DNA of 62,701 nt, counting the filler, from Choristocarpus tenellus KU-1152 (taxonomy: Eukaryota; Protista; Phaeophyceae): NCBI GenBank assembly GCA_964200185.2. It is 8 parts of 8 records of this genome, joined end to end, with 100 filler letters (N's around TTAATTAATTAA, not from the genome) between each part and the next. Parts side by side here need not be neighbours in the genome. Positions count along the whole stretch, not along the records: positions 21,854 to 51,521 come from CAXNAD020000103.1; positions 51,622 to 56,368 come from CAXNAD020013226.1; 6 more parts are not named here. The stretch is one strand, 5' to 3'. Of this stretch, positions 37,201 to 51,748 are shown piece after piece (within the stretch, counting starts at the first letter, position 1; the number at the start of each line of letters is the position of its first letter). Position numbers and translations under genes: made by a program. The notes beneath the pieces were generated by a model that saw only the letters and a list, made by a program, of their open reading frames with translations, had not been told where the DNA came from and did not search any database.

Positions 37201-40200
37201 CTCACATACGTTTGACCCCCCTGACCTCTTGCAGTTTAATGGGATAATAGATTGAAAGTATACTCCAAGTAGAGTGACAAACTAAGTTGCAAGGTTGAGG
37301 TGGACATTTTTTCCCCCTTTGTTGACATCCAAGAAGTGCCATGATTGACCTCGTAACTATGAATAAACCCATACACCACCCATATGTTGCCCAGGCACGT
37401 ACGAAACATTTTACAATATTTTTGGATTGGTGAGCATGTTTCAGTATATTTTCTAGCTCATTCTAGTTCATTCTAGCTCATTCTAGCTCATTCTAGCTCA
37501 TTCTAGCTCATTCTAGTTCTCCCAACCGCATATTATAGAATACATACACATTTTTCAATTTGGTGGTCATATTCAGACTAGCCCAACAAATATGTAGTTT
37601 ATGTATTTTATTATTAGGAATCAGAGTTTCTCATTTCTACAGGTCTAATCCCATGTTTGGTGTGTTTTTTTGTTGAAAGGTAATTCCAAGAGTCATAAGA
37701 GTATCAGAACGTTGCTAAGATGTGTATCATATCATATCACATCATATCAATACCAGAAATAAAGATAATGTGCCTTGACAAAAGGGTTAGGTGCCATTGT
37801 GCATGGGTAGGGAAGATTATTTTTAGGGGGTTGTGAACCAATAGTATTAGTGAATATGAATAGAGGTCAAATCAACTCAATAACTATGTACACAGTTAAA
37901 TCAACCTTTTCACAGTCAGCATCTGTGCCTACCCTAAACAGGACCCAGAACTCTCGCACCACACTATATTCTATTTCTCATTGGTATGGTATTTACAACC
38001 AAGCCTGTTGTTCACTCTTTCCACCAGGTCAAACCTTGTATGTACTGTTATTTGCCTAATACCTATTACCTAATACCTAATACCTATTACCCTCATGGAG
38101 GTGAAACTGTCCACAGTTGGCTAACTAGAAATGTCAACTCAAATCTCCTATTGTATATTTCCTGACTTGCATAGCAGTAGTCATAAAACAAGTTGAACCA
38201 AGGAACACTATAGATAGGTCATGAAAGAATTCATGGGTTTAGCTTGGAGGTCTGGAAAATGTTATCCGTAGTCCCTCAGACAGTTCTAAAAGCAATAATT
38301 TATTTAGGTGTCAAGTTTTACAGTAGCAAGTTTTAGCAACATAGCAACATGGGGTTGAAATCTTTCAGATTGAGTTATGTGTAGTAAACATTGAAACTGT
38401 TGTCTCTGGTCTTAACTTGCCTCTTTGAATTTGTATTGCTACATAGGTAATGTTTGCAGTTTTTATGTTTTTAATGTAAAAAAAAAGAAGTGCAAAAATG
38501 CCTGTTATTTATAAAAAATGCTTTATACATTTGGTAGACCTGTCTCATATCTTGCAAAAACGATACCAGTTTCTTCTTCCTGGAAAACTACTTAGACTAC
38601 CGGCTGAAGGACCAGCATGAATTTAGATCCTGATTTGACCACCATGAGAGTTATCTCAAATATTTCATACTAATCCCCTGTGCCATAAATGCCCTCCTTT
38701 AAGGCTACAGCTAGAGCTGGAAATGGAAAAGAAGGTGAAGAAGCGCCTCCCACTGCTGACAAACCACTTGAGAAAAGCTGTCCCCCAGTGGGAACACAAG
38801 CATGGCTCTGCCTTCTTCTATAAGGGGGAACGGTGAGAGCTAGCATACATCATACAAAGTCATGTTTTGTCGATTTGTATTAACTAGTGTTGATTAGTAT
38901 TTAGTGTTTGGGAGTAGAGCAGAGATGAGAGTTGTGTAGTTGAATCAGATGCCAGTTGTAAGCTCTACACTTTAAACATATCTTCATGAGGTATTTATAG
39001 CTGTATTAGGAAATGATGGGTTGGATTCATGGACTAGTGATGCAGTACCAGTGCTTCGTAGGAATTTTCTTGCCATTGCTGTGTAGTCACCATCAGGGTC
39101 TATGATGGGTTACAAAGAATATTTCAACTATTCTTACCTCTTGGGTTTGAAGGATGGTCTTGGACTGTTTGTGGTCTTGATTTGTTGCAGACTTTTGAAT
39201 CACTGACGTCTTGCGTGTGCAATGTTTGGTATCAAGGACATGCATGGATAAATACTTACATCATACAAATTGTTCATTGTGAGAGAAGAAACTGTTAGCA
39301 TTGGAATTTCAGGAATACACAAAAAATAGCACTTGACTGTATGTGTATCATACTCCAATTTATGACTCATGAGTGATATAGACATTTTTCTTACTCTAGC
39401 TTGAGGTATTCTTTTCCTCTCTATGTCCACTATACTAAGATACTCTATCAAGAAAAGTAGTGTCTGTCAATGCAGCACAATATGACTAATCAGTGAAATT
39501 CTAGATTTGGTCAAGACACTACTTCCTGCATGAACCAAACCTGCAAATACAGATATCTGGATGTGCTTGAACAATCAGAGGAGGATTATGCATCTCTCAA
39601 GGAACAAATCAAAGCTGCCAAGGAGGTTCGCAAGAAGGTGAAAAGAAAATGTTGAAATAGGTCACGGCCTACATTGTAGCTCCTTTTTGTTTTTATTGAG
39701 GTTGATGTATCAAAAGTCCATGACAACCCATCTTCATACCACTCTTGGAGAATTACCTCACACAGGTATGTCTATACACTACTAATGGTTTCTATCTTCT
39801 GACAGGAGGAGAGAAATAAGCTGGTAATGCAAAGTCCAGGAGGTCAGCAGCTCAGTTTATCCTTAGGGAGGGATACCCCCCGCTCCACGAGAAAGACTGC
39901 AGTGAGTATGTTATTTTATTTTTATGAAACAACATAAGACAATAAAATTATTCTTCAGACTTGTACAACGCTTTCAACTAAACAGGGGCACAAATGTTTG
40001 ACAACTGTACTGGTCTTGTAGTATACCGTGCTTGTATCCATCATGTGCATGCTATATTTTGCTGGAAGTATAACATGAGGGCAGGTATACACAATACAGA
40101 TTCTGCCCACATCTCTCAACACCCTTGTTATGTGGTCCAATTCTATATGCTATGGTGATTCTTGTCTTATTTATTATGTACATGACTTCAGACAGGCACT

Positions 40201-40675
40201 GGACGCAAGATTCCAACCTCAGTGAAAACAGGAAGAGTTCCCAGTACCCCTGTCCACCACACAGGACAAGGTGGTCGTACTCAAGGGCACTTTGTAATGT
40301 CAACCCCAGACCACAAGGCAGACTGCTCCTCTTCAACAACAGGGAGCGACATGACTTCAGATGCTGGTGAGGGGAAAGTTCTTGTCCCTCAAGAACAGGA
40401 AACAATTTATTCAAAGTAGTTAACCTCACTGTCACCCTCTTGCTATACATTAGCAACAATTACCATTCTACTGTACCTCTATTATGAATGATGCAGCAAC
40501 AGGTGCAATTATCACTGACGTCAGCAACCACCTGGGAGTCAATGATCAGCAAGGTGGAGGGCGAGAGGGAAATCAGGCTGTGAAGAAGAAGCCAAGTGTT
40601 GAAGGAAACAATAATACAGAAAACAACTCATCCTTTGGATCAGTTCGAGAGTCATTTGAGGGATTCGACACCTAA
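31256..40675 (+). CDS. MAP65: Microtubule-associated protein MAP65/Ase1/PRC1 family (about 650 aa, 15 exons)
   Basis: Exons 31256-31450, 31558-31662, 31847-31921, 32508-32687, 32949-33104, 33866-33946, 34123-34206, 34991-35126, 35430-35587, 35980-36098, 38704-38832, 39553-39637, 39806-39901, 40192-40366, 40497-40675 are all in phase. Motifs LESVWDEVGYS, LWQQLDV, ELWNEI, DPSRL, KRLP.L...WE..HG..F.Y.GERYLD; TP-rich tail. Confidence 0.92.
37451..37520. repeat. 10-bp minisatellite (TTCTAGCTCA)x7 in MAP65 intron 10
   Basis: Direct inspection. Confidence 0.92.
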
Positions 40676-41159
40676 CTCTTAAAATAGTGGAAAAGCTTAA
40701 GACAGTAGACGCATTGTGCAAGGGTTAAGGGGACTGTGCATGGGATGTTGAGGATGAAAATTGGTTGCATTCTGTAATATACACATCAATATATCTCTGC
40801 AGCATCATCTGTGTTGTGATTTTCTTCTTCTCAAAGTGCATCCAATTTGATGGTTTTCGTTTGGTTGATCTGACAAGAGTACTGTGTAAGATGGATACGT
40901 ACCCTGGAAGCCAAATAGTACACCAGGAATAGTCTGAGAAAATACTCCATGTGCAATTATAATAGGTGTCGTGAGGTCTTTTCAATGTGGATGTGATCTG
41001 GCCAATGCTAGGAAAGTGTGGAAGGTAGGAATGTTTATTGTTATTAGTGTGTGACACATGTTACTAATACTCTTACATAAAATACTGGTAGGTGCAGAAC
41101 AAGCACGAAAAGAAGGTACATCCTATGGATGACCTCAATCACCTTGCCTATCCTCTGCG

Positions 41160-44100
41160 CTATTGCCCATGGTGTGCTTGCCAGTGGAATAAGTCTGGAC
41201 CAGGCATATATGGAGGTGGACCAAATGGAGGATAGTAGCCTTGCCCATTGAAGAATGCCTGGACAGGGACATGTTGAGCAATAATTTTCAGATTTGATAT
41301 TACGTGCTTGAAGGAGAATTGCTTCAACCACAGAAAAGAAATAAATGTCAAACATATTTTAGTCAGCTAATGTTGACAGCACATTGTGCTTTTACATTCA
41401 AAAACTTGGATTATGAAGCAAGCTTACCTGCTGAGGATATGTTCCCTCAGGAGGAATCCAAGGTTGACCCATGGGTGTGAGCCCTGGATGCATTATTGAG
41501 GGTGGAGGCACTCCAGGTGGTGGCGGAGGAGGACAGAGGTGGGGTGGAGGAGGCAGAAAATCTGCGGGTGCAGGAGGAGGAGGAGGTGCAAGCAAACTTG
41601 GGGGGGGCAAGGGTGGTGCCCAATTCCTAGATTGACTCACACCAGGCACACTTCCTGTGACTTGATGGCCAGAGTATGAGAATGGTAGAGGTCCAGGGGG
41701 AGGGGGAGGGGGAGGGTGCTCTGGAGCTCTGGGAACCACACTGGGCACCCCGCTTTCCACACCTTGTGGTGGCAAAGGTTTGGGATATTCTGGTGTAGTG
41801 GTGTCCATATCTTCCTCTCCCGAAAGTGACCTGTCTGATGTCATGTTCCCTTTTGTTGGTGGACCTGAAGACGCACGATTGTTGCTGCTCCCTACATCCT
41901 GCATGAACAAAGGAAGGGTAACTTCAAATGCTTGCAACTGCCACGCCTCTGCACAAACAGTAGGTCATACATACGATTGTCTCAGACAAAACAACTGAGT
42001 GAGATACATAGATGTGTGCATATGCCTCATTATCACAACTAAGGATGGATCTGCTGGTGTTAGGGCACTAGGAAGGAAATTTTGTTACATCTCAAACACC
42101 AAAAAACATTTTCATGTCAGACCTAACACAAGATAAAGCAAAACACTTACCGGCACTGTCATTCACAAAAACATTCAAGTTGTTGGGTGTGTTGCATCTT
42201 CACATTTATCAATTCCAACCCATCATACCTTCAGTCTCTGCACTTGTTTAGCCTCCAATAAGGTCTTCCCTTCCTCCTTCCGCTTTTTCTTGGTCTGAAA
42301 CTCATGGTATGACCCATCTTTTTGTGGCAACTCAAGCTTTCCCAAATCAGCAATATCCACAGGGCAGACTGGAGCTGTGTGGAAGTAGAGGCTGTCAAGT
42401 GCCTACAGTGCAATGTGTGGAGGTACACAACAAATGGCAAAAATTAGACCTAACACACAGTTTGTCACAAGAAAAGGGAACACGCATGTCCAATATCTAC
42501 TAAAAAAAATATGGACGAAGACTTTCGTCTGCTTTCTCACATTTCTTGCACTTATTCTTCGAGATGGATCCAGTGCCAGAAGGCGTGTGATGAGATTCAA
42601 CGCATCCCCAGTCATACAAGCTGCAGTACCCGCTTTCCGAGCAGCCTCGCCCTGAGCATTGTGAACAGTAAGATTTCACACCACATTCACACATTGCTCC
42701 AATCGCAATTTCAAGCCCTACATCAATTTGGAGTGCTATTTTTAATGTCAATGAAGAGTACAATTGTGCAGGTTGGAAATACCTTCAAGGAAGTTGGGCT
42801 TCTGGCCAAGACTACTGCAGATAACGGTATGACAGAGGAAAATTGGTTGGTGCCAAAACTCGGAGAAAACGATAAAGTCGTAACACAAGACAGATATTTT
42901 CATTCTCCGCCCTCCATGACAGTGGTTACTATCGGTGCTGCTAACCTTGAAGCCTATCACCGGTGGTCTTTCAACCACCTCTACCGGATGTTCTACACAT
43001 AATGCAGTGGCACAAACCCATCCCCCAAACAAGTGAATACATGATACTCATACGAAAATAAGTTTGTTGCAGCAATACTTCAAAGTGCCTTGAGCAGTCT
43101 ACTTAATTATTAACAACTTACAACGCGAACTATATATGTAGGCAAAGTATTGCTCTTACCAAGTGTTCCTTGAGTTTGTCAGGGTACACCTTCGCAGGCA
43201 TCATTACACTATAGCCAGGAAGATCTTCATGCCCGGGCCAGTTCATGGAGGTGGGAGTGCCACACACCTGGTGGTTTAGATGATATGGTGCATAGTCATC
43301 AAATTATTGCAAGGGGTCAGACCCCAAGCTTGCAATAACAATGTCCACAAAATCAGAACATCAAGGAACCACGGAAGCTACCTGTGATGATGTATGTTCG
43401 ATTCCAAATAGGTTGTGTGCGTTGTACAAATGCGTAGCAGTGTATCCCTACTTTCCCAAATAAATTTTATTCACATTGGAATGACTATTGATGGGGTGTA
43501 TCAATGACCTCACAGATGGCAGCACACACAGAAGTCTGACTGATCATTGTAACATAGCCTCACAAGAGTCATTTGTGTCTACCTGCAATGAATCCAAGAC
43601 AGTTGTGAAAAGGAAGGTAAGTAAACAAAAACAATCTGACCCAGATATCCCTCTGCTAAGTCAAGTATAAAGAAGATTTCACCTATATCACAGAAGCACC
43701 AGGGAGTCTGTGGAGTATAGGACAAGGAACTATGCCCTGCAATCTGGACAAGGTATCCATGTTGCAGTCATTACTTGCTCTGGTTCATGAGAATAGGTCA
43801 ATGATCAATGTCAGATGCATAGGTGTAAACTTGAAGGGGCCCACTAAAGGGCCTGTCTCTAGCTGTACCTGAAATATTAGGTCAAGTTGTTCCAACTCAA
43901 CCTTGGCTGGGAACAGAGGTTTTCCAATCATGAGCTCTGCCAAAATACACCCCACACCCCAGCAGTCGATGTTTGGGCCATAACGAGTGGATCCCAGCAG
44001 CAGCTCAGGGGGACGGTACCACAAAGTGATCACTCTGTTTGTGAGGTCAGCTGGTACATCACTAAGTCGCCGAGCAAGGCCAAAGTCAGCAAGCTGTCCA

Positions 44101-45870
44101 GATGTGTAGGCCGAAGAAAATGAGGTAAGGGATTGTAGGGGACAAAACAACAAAAAATGATGATGACAAATTCAACACAAGCGACAATAATACAATAATG
44201 GTTGTACACCCATCAATCCATCCTGTTGTGCACTAAATTAAGTCTTCAATATCCTCCTAAATGACATACACCTGGGACAGGGTCTAAATAACCACCAATC
44301 TCAAATTAGATTTATGTTCTGCTGACCTTCATTATGTAATCCTGTCCATTCAAAAACAAAAATGTTTATCTGGAAACACTGATCAAAAGAACTAGTTATC
44401 TGTGATTCTGAACTCTTGTTTCTACATATTTCAAATGACTTTTGACTGTTTGATTTTGATTTTTTCAAGTGCTCCACCTCAAAAATATTCTAGATCTACC
44501 ATTGCACAGTCTCGTATAGGGCTGTTGAGTTGATTGAGTCGGGACAAAATCAATGCAAATTTTGTCCCAGTCTAAGTATAGAATCCAAAACAATCAGTAA
44601 ATGATAATTAAAGAGGCACCTGTTTGTTTACCAGGCACTTGGTGGGGTACAGTTTCCACACAGCCTTCACCTTCAGACGAAAATTATTGTCGATTAGAAG
44701 GTTGGAGCATTTGATGTCACGGTGTACATACTTGTGCTCATGAATGTAGGCCAGCACTTCTAACAGCTGCCTGAGCAACCCTTTCATTTGAGTAGGAGAG
44801 AATCTGGGGAAGAGGAATGAAGAGGAACGTGGAGCAACAGCGTCATCGGAAAGGAGGACAGGTTGCGAGAGTTGACTGATAGAGTGAGCAGTCCTTCACA
44901 AGAGGAGACTATAATACAACAGATAATAGTATGTCACTGATAGCTACCTTCCTACACGGCATACTTGCAATCTATCAACACACAAGATCAACACATCTTA
45001 CGTGATATTGAGATCCAGCAATCCTGCCAAATCATGGTCTAGATACTCCAGCACAATATACAAGCTTCCACGCCGCTTGCGGTCTGTGCGTGGAGTGTCA
45101 TCATCCTCCTCATCATCTTCCTGCAAGAGTACAGAGGCACATAGACTTGGAGAGACAAAATCAACTATATTTTCCTGCTACACTTCACACTTCCTCAGAC
45201 ACGATGCAAGCACCAATTGTCGCAGAAGCAAAGAGGTGGGCAATCTTCCAGTGGAAATCACCATCACACCTGCCCGACTGATGTCACAATCTCCAGTAGG
45301 CGGACCATATTTGGATGCGAGAGTTCGTTGAGGATCTTGATTTCTCGAATTGCTGTCACAGGAAGCTATCGAACACAAAATGAAGGGTGGGAAAGGAGAA
45401 GCTTTGTGAGGTTAAACTTTCATGCAATTTCAACTAAGGAAATATGCCCGTTGCATCTAACAATAACTCGAACAAGATGGTCTTCGGGGAGCCTTATTGT
45501 CGCGGGTCGGTAAATGGTACACTGTACAAAATAACTCGATAGTGGAACAGACCTTCAAACAACGAGTCACGGGAATGCTTACCCCCATATTCTCGCTGTG
45601 TACGCGTATCTTTTTAAGGGCAACAGTGACCCCTGTGACTCTATTTTTTGCCCTGTAAACCTGCGGCGCATGGAGTTAAATCAAAAACAGGAGGTACGTC
45701 ATTCGTGATCAAGGAGTTCGTGATCACATCAACAAGAAACATTCACTTAAACTCAGCATAGAGAGAGGTTGACACACCTGCCCATACGTCCCTTCACCGA
45801 TCTGCTCAACTTTCGCATAGCTCTTGATGCCTCGTGTGCCCCAATGGCTAGTTGGCAGCCTCACCGCCAT
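41160..45870 (-). CDS. CDKC: Cyclin-dependent kinase C (CDK9/12/13-like CTD kinase), about 568 aa, 11 exons, Pro-rich tail
   Basis: Exons 45870-45778, 45660-45583, 45365-45270, 45120-45002, 44803-44671, 44093-43869, 43267-43160, 42651-42541, 42402-42229, 41898-41428, 41258-41160. Motifs QIGEGTYGQVY, VALKK, LPVTAIREIK, HRDIKCSNLL, LADFGLAR, TNRVITLWYRPPELLLG, HEFQTKKKR. Confidence 0.95.
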
Positions 45871-47229
45871 AATACCCTTACTCTTACAACAACAATTTTG
45901 AAAAAATCAGGAGAGAGGAACTGAGATGTTCACGGATTTTGTAAATGTAAGTAAGGCCTTCATTCTATTACCCAAACATACTCCATTTTTGTTTCAATCT
46001 TGTTGGGGAACGTCGCTGCTGCGCGAGAAATCTTAGGATTCGACTTGGGTGAAAAAAAAATCGTTATCAACGAACTTTGATATGGATGGCCTCATATCGT
46101 GACAGGCAAGGCAAGTACATAGATCGTACAAGGAGAACAAAGATTAAAGAGGAAAGCCGACAGGTTCAAGAGAACATCCAGAACGACGTGTAGCGCGAAA
46201 AAAGAGCAGGAAATGTTGGCACCCTGGAGAATTCGGAATAAAAAGGATGTAATAGCCACTTGAAACATTGGCATGATGGTATCGAATGGCATCAATGGGA
46301 TAGGAGATATATACAATTACCCTACAGCTACGACCTGTGTGTATCCAGGGTGGTGTTTTGAGTTGGAGGAGACAAGGCGAGATGGACTGCAATAGTTCGA
46401 AAGCATTGGGTATGTTGTCTATTGCAAAGGAGGCGAGGATGGAACAGGTAGACATGGTATGGTACTGGCAGCAAAGAGTTTATTTCCCAGCGAGGAAAAC
46501 TGGAGGCAGAAGATATCGGAGAGCGACTGTTGACAATTCGAATCCTGATCACAGCAATAGATCATGAAGAAGAGGTCTAAACTCCAGCCCTTGTTGGTAT
46601 CTCACCTTGGATCTGCCGATGTGTCCCCAAGCAAAGAAGCACAATTCATTCCACGTCAAAGAATTCTTTCGTTTTGGTTAAGTTCGCCACCTCCATGATT
46701 CTTCCAAGTACTAAGGTAGGGATGTGTTGTCCACCTATTGCATGGGCTAGGTGAGCTTGTAACTCATGGTTGGGAGGTTCACTTGCACCACGCAGCCCAA
46801 ACAGGAGGAAAGGAACCAGGCATTGAGAAGCTATGTCCTTTGCGTGTTCTCCATCTCACTGAGATATGCAGCTAGGCTCCGTGACCTGATTTCTCGAGCA
46901 TTTCCGGTATATGTGAAAACCATCGAAGCCAATAGAAAGGTTGAAGCCTGTTATAGCCAAGAGTTCCAGCTCTGATGACAAAGGCTAGTGAGACCGTGGA
47001 GGTGAGGCTTGTATCCTATCCATATTTTGGGAAATCCTCCTGTATGTCCAAAAACAGTCGTTGAAACACCCCTATGACTATAGTGTTGATCCTTCAGGAA
47101 GAAAGGGACCAGTCGTCCAAAACGCCATGTGTGATAAGACCCCCTGCGACCGAAAAGTTGTTCAGAGGTTCTTCAACACCTTGAGATGTGATCCCCCAGA
47201 TACAGATCTCCGTTGATCAAGATCAGATG

Positions 47230-49000
47230 AATAGTCCGCATCTGCAAACGCCTCCAGTTGTTTTTCCAGGTTTCCGTCGTATGTGATGCCAGTCCCCCTT
47301 GTGGGACACACACCCCAAAATCTGTTTACCAGCTTCCCAATTTCTCTGCCCTGGGTTACCGCTAAATCTGGTCACAGTCACTACCGTGTTGGCAATATCA
47401 GCCCTGGTCATGGTCACTAAGCAGGTTAATGACCCCACTGCTTTCTTGTATAGAGTAGATGGGTTCAGTTTCACACACAAATCCTTCTCAGAAAGACTCC
47501 TGGTTTTAGATTCCAGGCATATCATATTATTTGATGATTTTGAACTGTTCCACCAGCCCTTCCATGTAGACTTGCTAATCAATCTGAAGTGTCCTTATTT
47601 TACGATCCCGTGTAAAATGACATCCCATTTACAGTTTTACCTCACCCAAATATTTCATGGGGAATTCCTTTTTGAGACCATTCACCAGCAATAATTTGTT
47701 TGGTCTATCATATGCAGGGACTTCTTTAGCAACCCTACTGTTCCATCATAATTTTCCACCCTCCAGTCCTATCCCCACCGTACTCTCTCTTTCTTACCCA
47801 TCTACCTCGGTGAAAAACCCGGTCCCAATTTTAATGAGTAAGCTAACTGGATCTTTGCCCGTCTGTTGTGTGTGCCCATTTCCTCATCCACAGTCCCTTT
47901 CCATAAGGACCACTCCTCAGACCCCATTGCATTACTCCTAGTCTTGGGTTCAGGTGGAGGGTCACTATTAGGAGCCACATGTCGCAGTAACCTTGTTCTC
48001 ACACTTCTCTGCTGTGACATTGGATCCACATCAAACCCAAAGCTTAGCAAGTTTTGAACCATACCCGCTTCACCATATCAGACCTCGAATGGAGAAATCT
48101 AATCCTCATTGGTCTGAGTGACACACACATTGCTCAGATCACGAGCACAACTCTGAGCTTCACCCCACAAATCCAACCGATCCCCCAATCCAGCCGCATG
48201 CATCATGACCAGCCCTTTCTCTGCTATCAGTGCAATCATGTGTTCAATTGGGGGGTACACGAAACGGTATTCTCATGTCGAATCCTGTGTTTTGTAATAG
48301 TGAAGGCCCTTCTAATACACCATTTGGTTCTTGTTTTCATAAGCCTGTCAAGCTTTGCCATGCTCACTGGCCTGGTATCTTTAGCTTGAAATTCATTACA
48401 CACCTTCAAGTTGACATATGCGCTGTGACAGACATTACCTGTTGCAGCAGGCATGTCTTAACTGCTCTCTTCCAGCTAAAATCCCCAGCCCCTCTACCAC
48501 GGACTATATGAATCACCAGGCCATCCAGGAATTGCTCTGCTTGTGTGTACCAAGATGACCAAAGGTTTCCACTGCAAATGTGTTGACGTTATACTGCAAG
48601 GGGTCAAAATATCCCTTGCAATGATTGCGCTTTCAGACCTCAGCTGGAGCAGCAGTGTCACCATTATTTGTGGGGAAGTCTTGTATACAGCAATCCACTT
48701 TTCGAACCGTTGCAAAGATCGCATCTAGAAGCAGACCCTTTTCCCAGTAGGGACGGTGGCTACTTTGGAAAGTATTTGAGTATGAAATCGCATTCATGTA
48801 GAATTCCGATCATCAATAATGAAGAGACTCTATCCTACACTGTATGCCCATCCTCCTGTAGATGCTGCCTAGTTGCCTGACCATATTCTGGTACTGCCAT
48901 ACTTTCCCTCCAAGCTCTACGGCATGTGTATTCGTACCTAGTATCTATCCACACACTTTCATGTGTACCCAGCCACCACGCAGTCTTTGGACAGTGCTTC
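47230..49000 (-). mobile_element. Degenerate Ty1/Copia LTR retrotransposon (integrase and RT remnants)
   Basis: Integrase-like IIDD (~48800) and IRHENTVSCTPQ...LWGEA...SPFEV...LLSFG (48300-48030), followed by RT-like EFPMKYLGE...TRDR...Q.Y and YKKAVGSL...TRADIA...RF..NP...W (47700-47300). INT-before-RT order; many stops and shifts. Confidence 0.85.
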
Positions 49001-51688
49001 CTCTATGTGGAAAGACCGGTTCACTGTATACTCGAAGGTGTTACTACAAATCCCTTCAAAAAGTAGGCGATAGTGCCAGAAAGTATATCAAGGTAATAGA
49101 CCCCTTCTACTACATATAGTGTGAATATTCACATGTTGAACATATGCTAATATCATACATCTCGGGAAGTCCCTATCTTGTCGGGTACTTAGCAGTGACA
49201 GATTAGTCTTTGCAGTTATTTTGATCGCTGTATTGCAGCTGTACGGAGTGACTGGCGACCATTGAAAGGTCCTACCCAGCCCATTTTCCACGTGGAATTT
49301 GATTGTCACCGCCATCCTCATTCATTGGTATGGTAGAAGTTCTTCATAGGAAGGACTCAGAATATGTCATTTTGTAGGTACACTGTACCAATCCACCTCA
49401 TCTACAGACTCGTTCAAATTGGTGTTTAACTCGATTTTCATAATAACCACCAACAGCACACATGCAATCCCCACGCTCACTAAAGCAATAGTGCTTCAGA
49501 CTGACACAGCTGGAGATCACACAGATACATATGCTTCCTCATTAGAAACGTGTCCTGGATGTTGTTAATGTAACTCTTCCATCTTCATCTTCATCCCTCA
49601 ACAATGTCCGCAGGTTATGCCCTGTTTAACAAGGTTTAACCGATATCACAGTTGCTAGCTCTTGATCTTGCACATCTGCTCGCCATCTCACAATTGACGG
49701 CTCGACGTTGCTGGCAGTGCCTACTTTTGTCTTCCTCGGGTGCTCTTATCAACCGCACATACACCCCTACACGGACAGTTGGTTGTATCTTGCACTTCGA
49801 CATACGAGTTCTTCCTGATCTCAGCAACATACCTCCCTGTTTTGTGCGTATGCTCGTCATCTCATTCCTTTTGTGTTAATTGAAGTAGACTTTATAGTGC
49901 GTAGTACAATTGTACGATTGGTCAAGAAGAGATTTGTAGAGAGCCATGAAAAGGACGAACATCGATATCGTTGGTCACAAGACTCTTGGAGCCATGTAGG
50001 ACGAAACTTCAAGTGAAATCAACTCTGATGCCACTGCCGTTAACTATCTCTCCCTTACACACCACAACAGCAATGGTGGTGCCACACACACTAGATTCGC
50101 GTGAATATGACCTTTGCACACATGCATGCCACAAGGAGCCTCGCCACTCTCAGAGAAGTCAATTTATATGCAAATAATATGTGTTGGTAGATTATAGACA
50201 TATGCCTACAAGCTGTGTCTGTAGGTCCTTCTAAACGCAAGACTGCAGTACCCACTCATCAAGATCGTACCACCTCATTCTGGTGAAGTCATTGAAAAAG
50301 ATTATATCAATATGTTGTTGATTGGATTGGTCCTAACACTGATATTAAAGAAGCTGACGTATGTATTACGAAGACTCGTGTATGTAAATTACTTGGTTAA
50401 ATCCTTATTGGGTTGAACAGGTTGTAGATGAAGCAAGGGAGGAAGGAGGAGTAAGCCAAACCCGAAGGGGAGGGGTCTATGCCGCCAAATCATTCCTATT
50501 CTTTAGATCACTATCACTAATCACAAATTACTTGCTATAATGTTTCCCATTCAATCAAATATATTATTTGTACATATATTTTTGTTTGCATCCTGTGTAG
50601 GATGAAGATGACAGAAACTAAATATTCCATTAAGAGGGATTCCTTACCTCCCACTGTCCTCAATAAACTCACCGAATGTAGTTGATGCGCTTGTCGCTAT
50701 GCATCTACTATACCCCCCATCTGTCTCTTACGTGCCAGTAATGCTGACACCATTTTCGATATTGTCTTTTCTGCTACTACTGGTGTTGCCAGCATGTTAC
50801 TCGCAGACAGTGTAGGTGATAATTGTCATAAACTACGTGGTCCGGCCTTGCTGTTTGATTTGCCTGTAGTGTTCATGAATGTCCACAAGTGAAGCCACTG
50901 CTTGGGGGACAGAGGCCCCATGAGTGAGATGCAGTGAGATGCAGTGAGAAAGTTGAAAAAAATATGCAATTGTCTATTATGAGTAATACATTCCTGGTCA
51001 TGCTTGTGTTTGTTAGACTTCATATAGCTACAAGTGTTGACAGTACCTGTCTATACCGACGCACAATAATGTTGATATCTGTAGGTGAGGAGGGAGTGGC
51101 ACCCTTTCTTTCTTGGAACTGCGTAACATGAAGAAGCTTCACCGATCGATGTGCAGCAGTAGGGGGGAAAGGGACTATCTTAGTAGCAACCTAAGAGGTA
51201 TACACGCACCCAAGGAGTGCCAGAAATTATATTTCGATATATCAGGGCTTAAAGAATGCACAGCATGGAAGAGGAGAGCAGGGGGGGTTGGGTGATACTT
51301 GCTTTCCTGGGTTTCAACTCAGGAAGAGCTCCTTTCACCACCCAGTTCATGTGGTCCAGGCAACATAATATCCACACTTGAGTGTCAGGATAATACTCTC
51401 AGAATTTGATATTTGTTGAATTAAAAAGGGATCATGTTGACGGACTCAACGGGAGGATTCCAAAAACCCAAAGTATCTGGGGGGGGGGGGCCTACTCCAG
51501 GGGGTCCATTTGGGCCCTGACNNNNNNNNNNNNNNNNNNNNNNNNNNNNNNNNNNNNNNNNNNNNTTAATTAATTAANNNNNNNNNNNNNNNNNNNNNNN
51601 NNNNNNNNNNNNNNNNNNNNNCGCAATTGTATCTGACCGCGCGTCTTATACATACAGTGCGTGTCGGAGATCCCAAAAAGGAACCTGT

Positions 51689-51748
51689 CCCTGACACCTC
51701 TGACATTTTGCAGATATGTGTCAGGGGGAAGGAAAACCAATAAAAACT
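51689..51748. repeat. Dispersed hairpin-forming repeat; second copy at 57918-57962
   Basis: CCTCTGACATTTTGCAGAT(AT)GTGTCAGGGGGA..AAACCAAT.AAAA occurs in two different contigs. Confidence 0.7.

Noticed and set aside
45060-45120. Acidic insert EDDEEDDD in the CDKC kinase domain
   Set aside because: CDKC-type kinases commonly carry a variable charged insert at this position
22066-45870. Kinase-UBC12-MAP65-CDKC as a functional cell-cycle gene cluster
   Set aside because: Ordinary housekeeping neighbours in mixed orientations; no evidence of co-regulation from sequence alone
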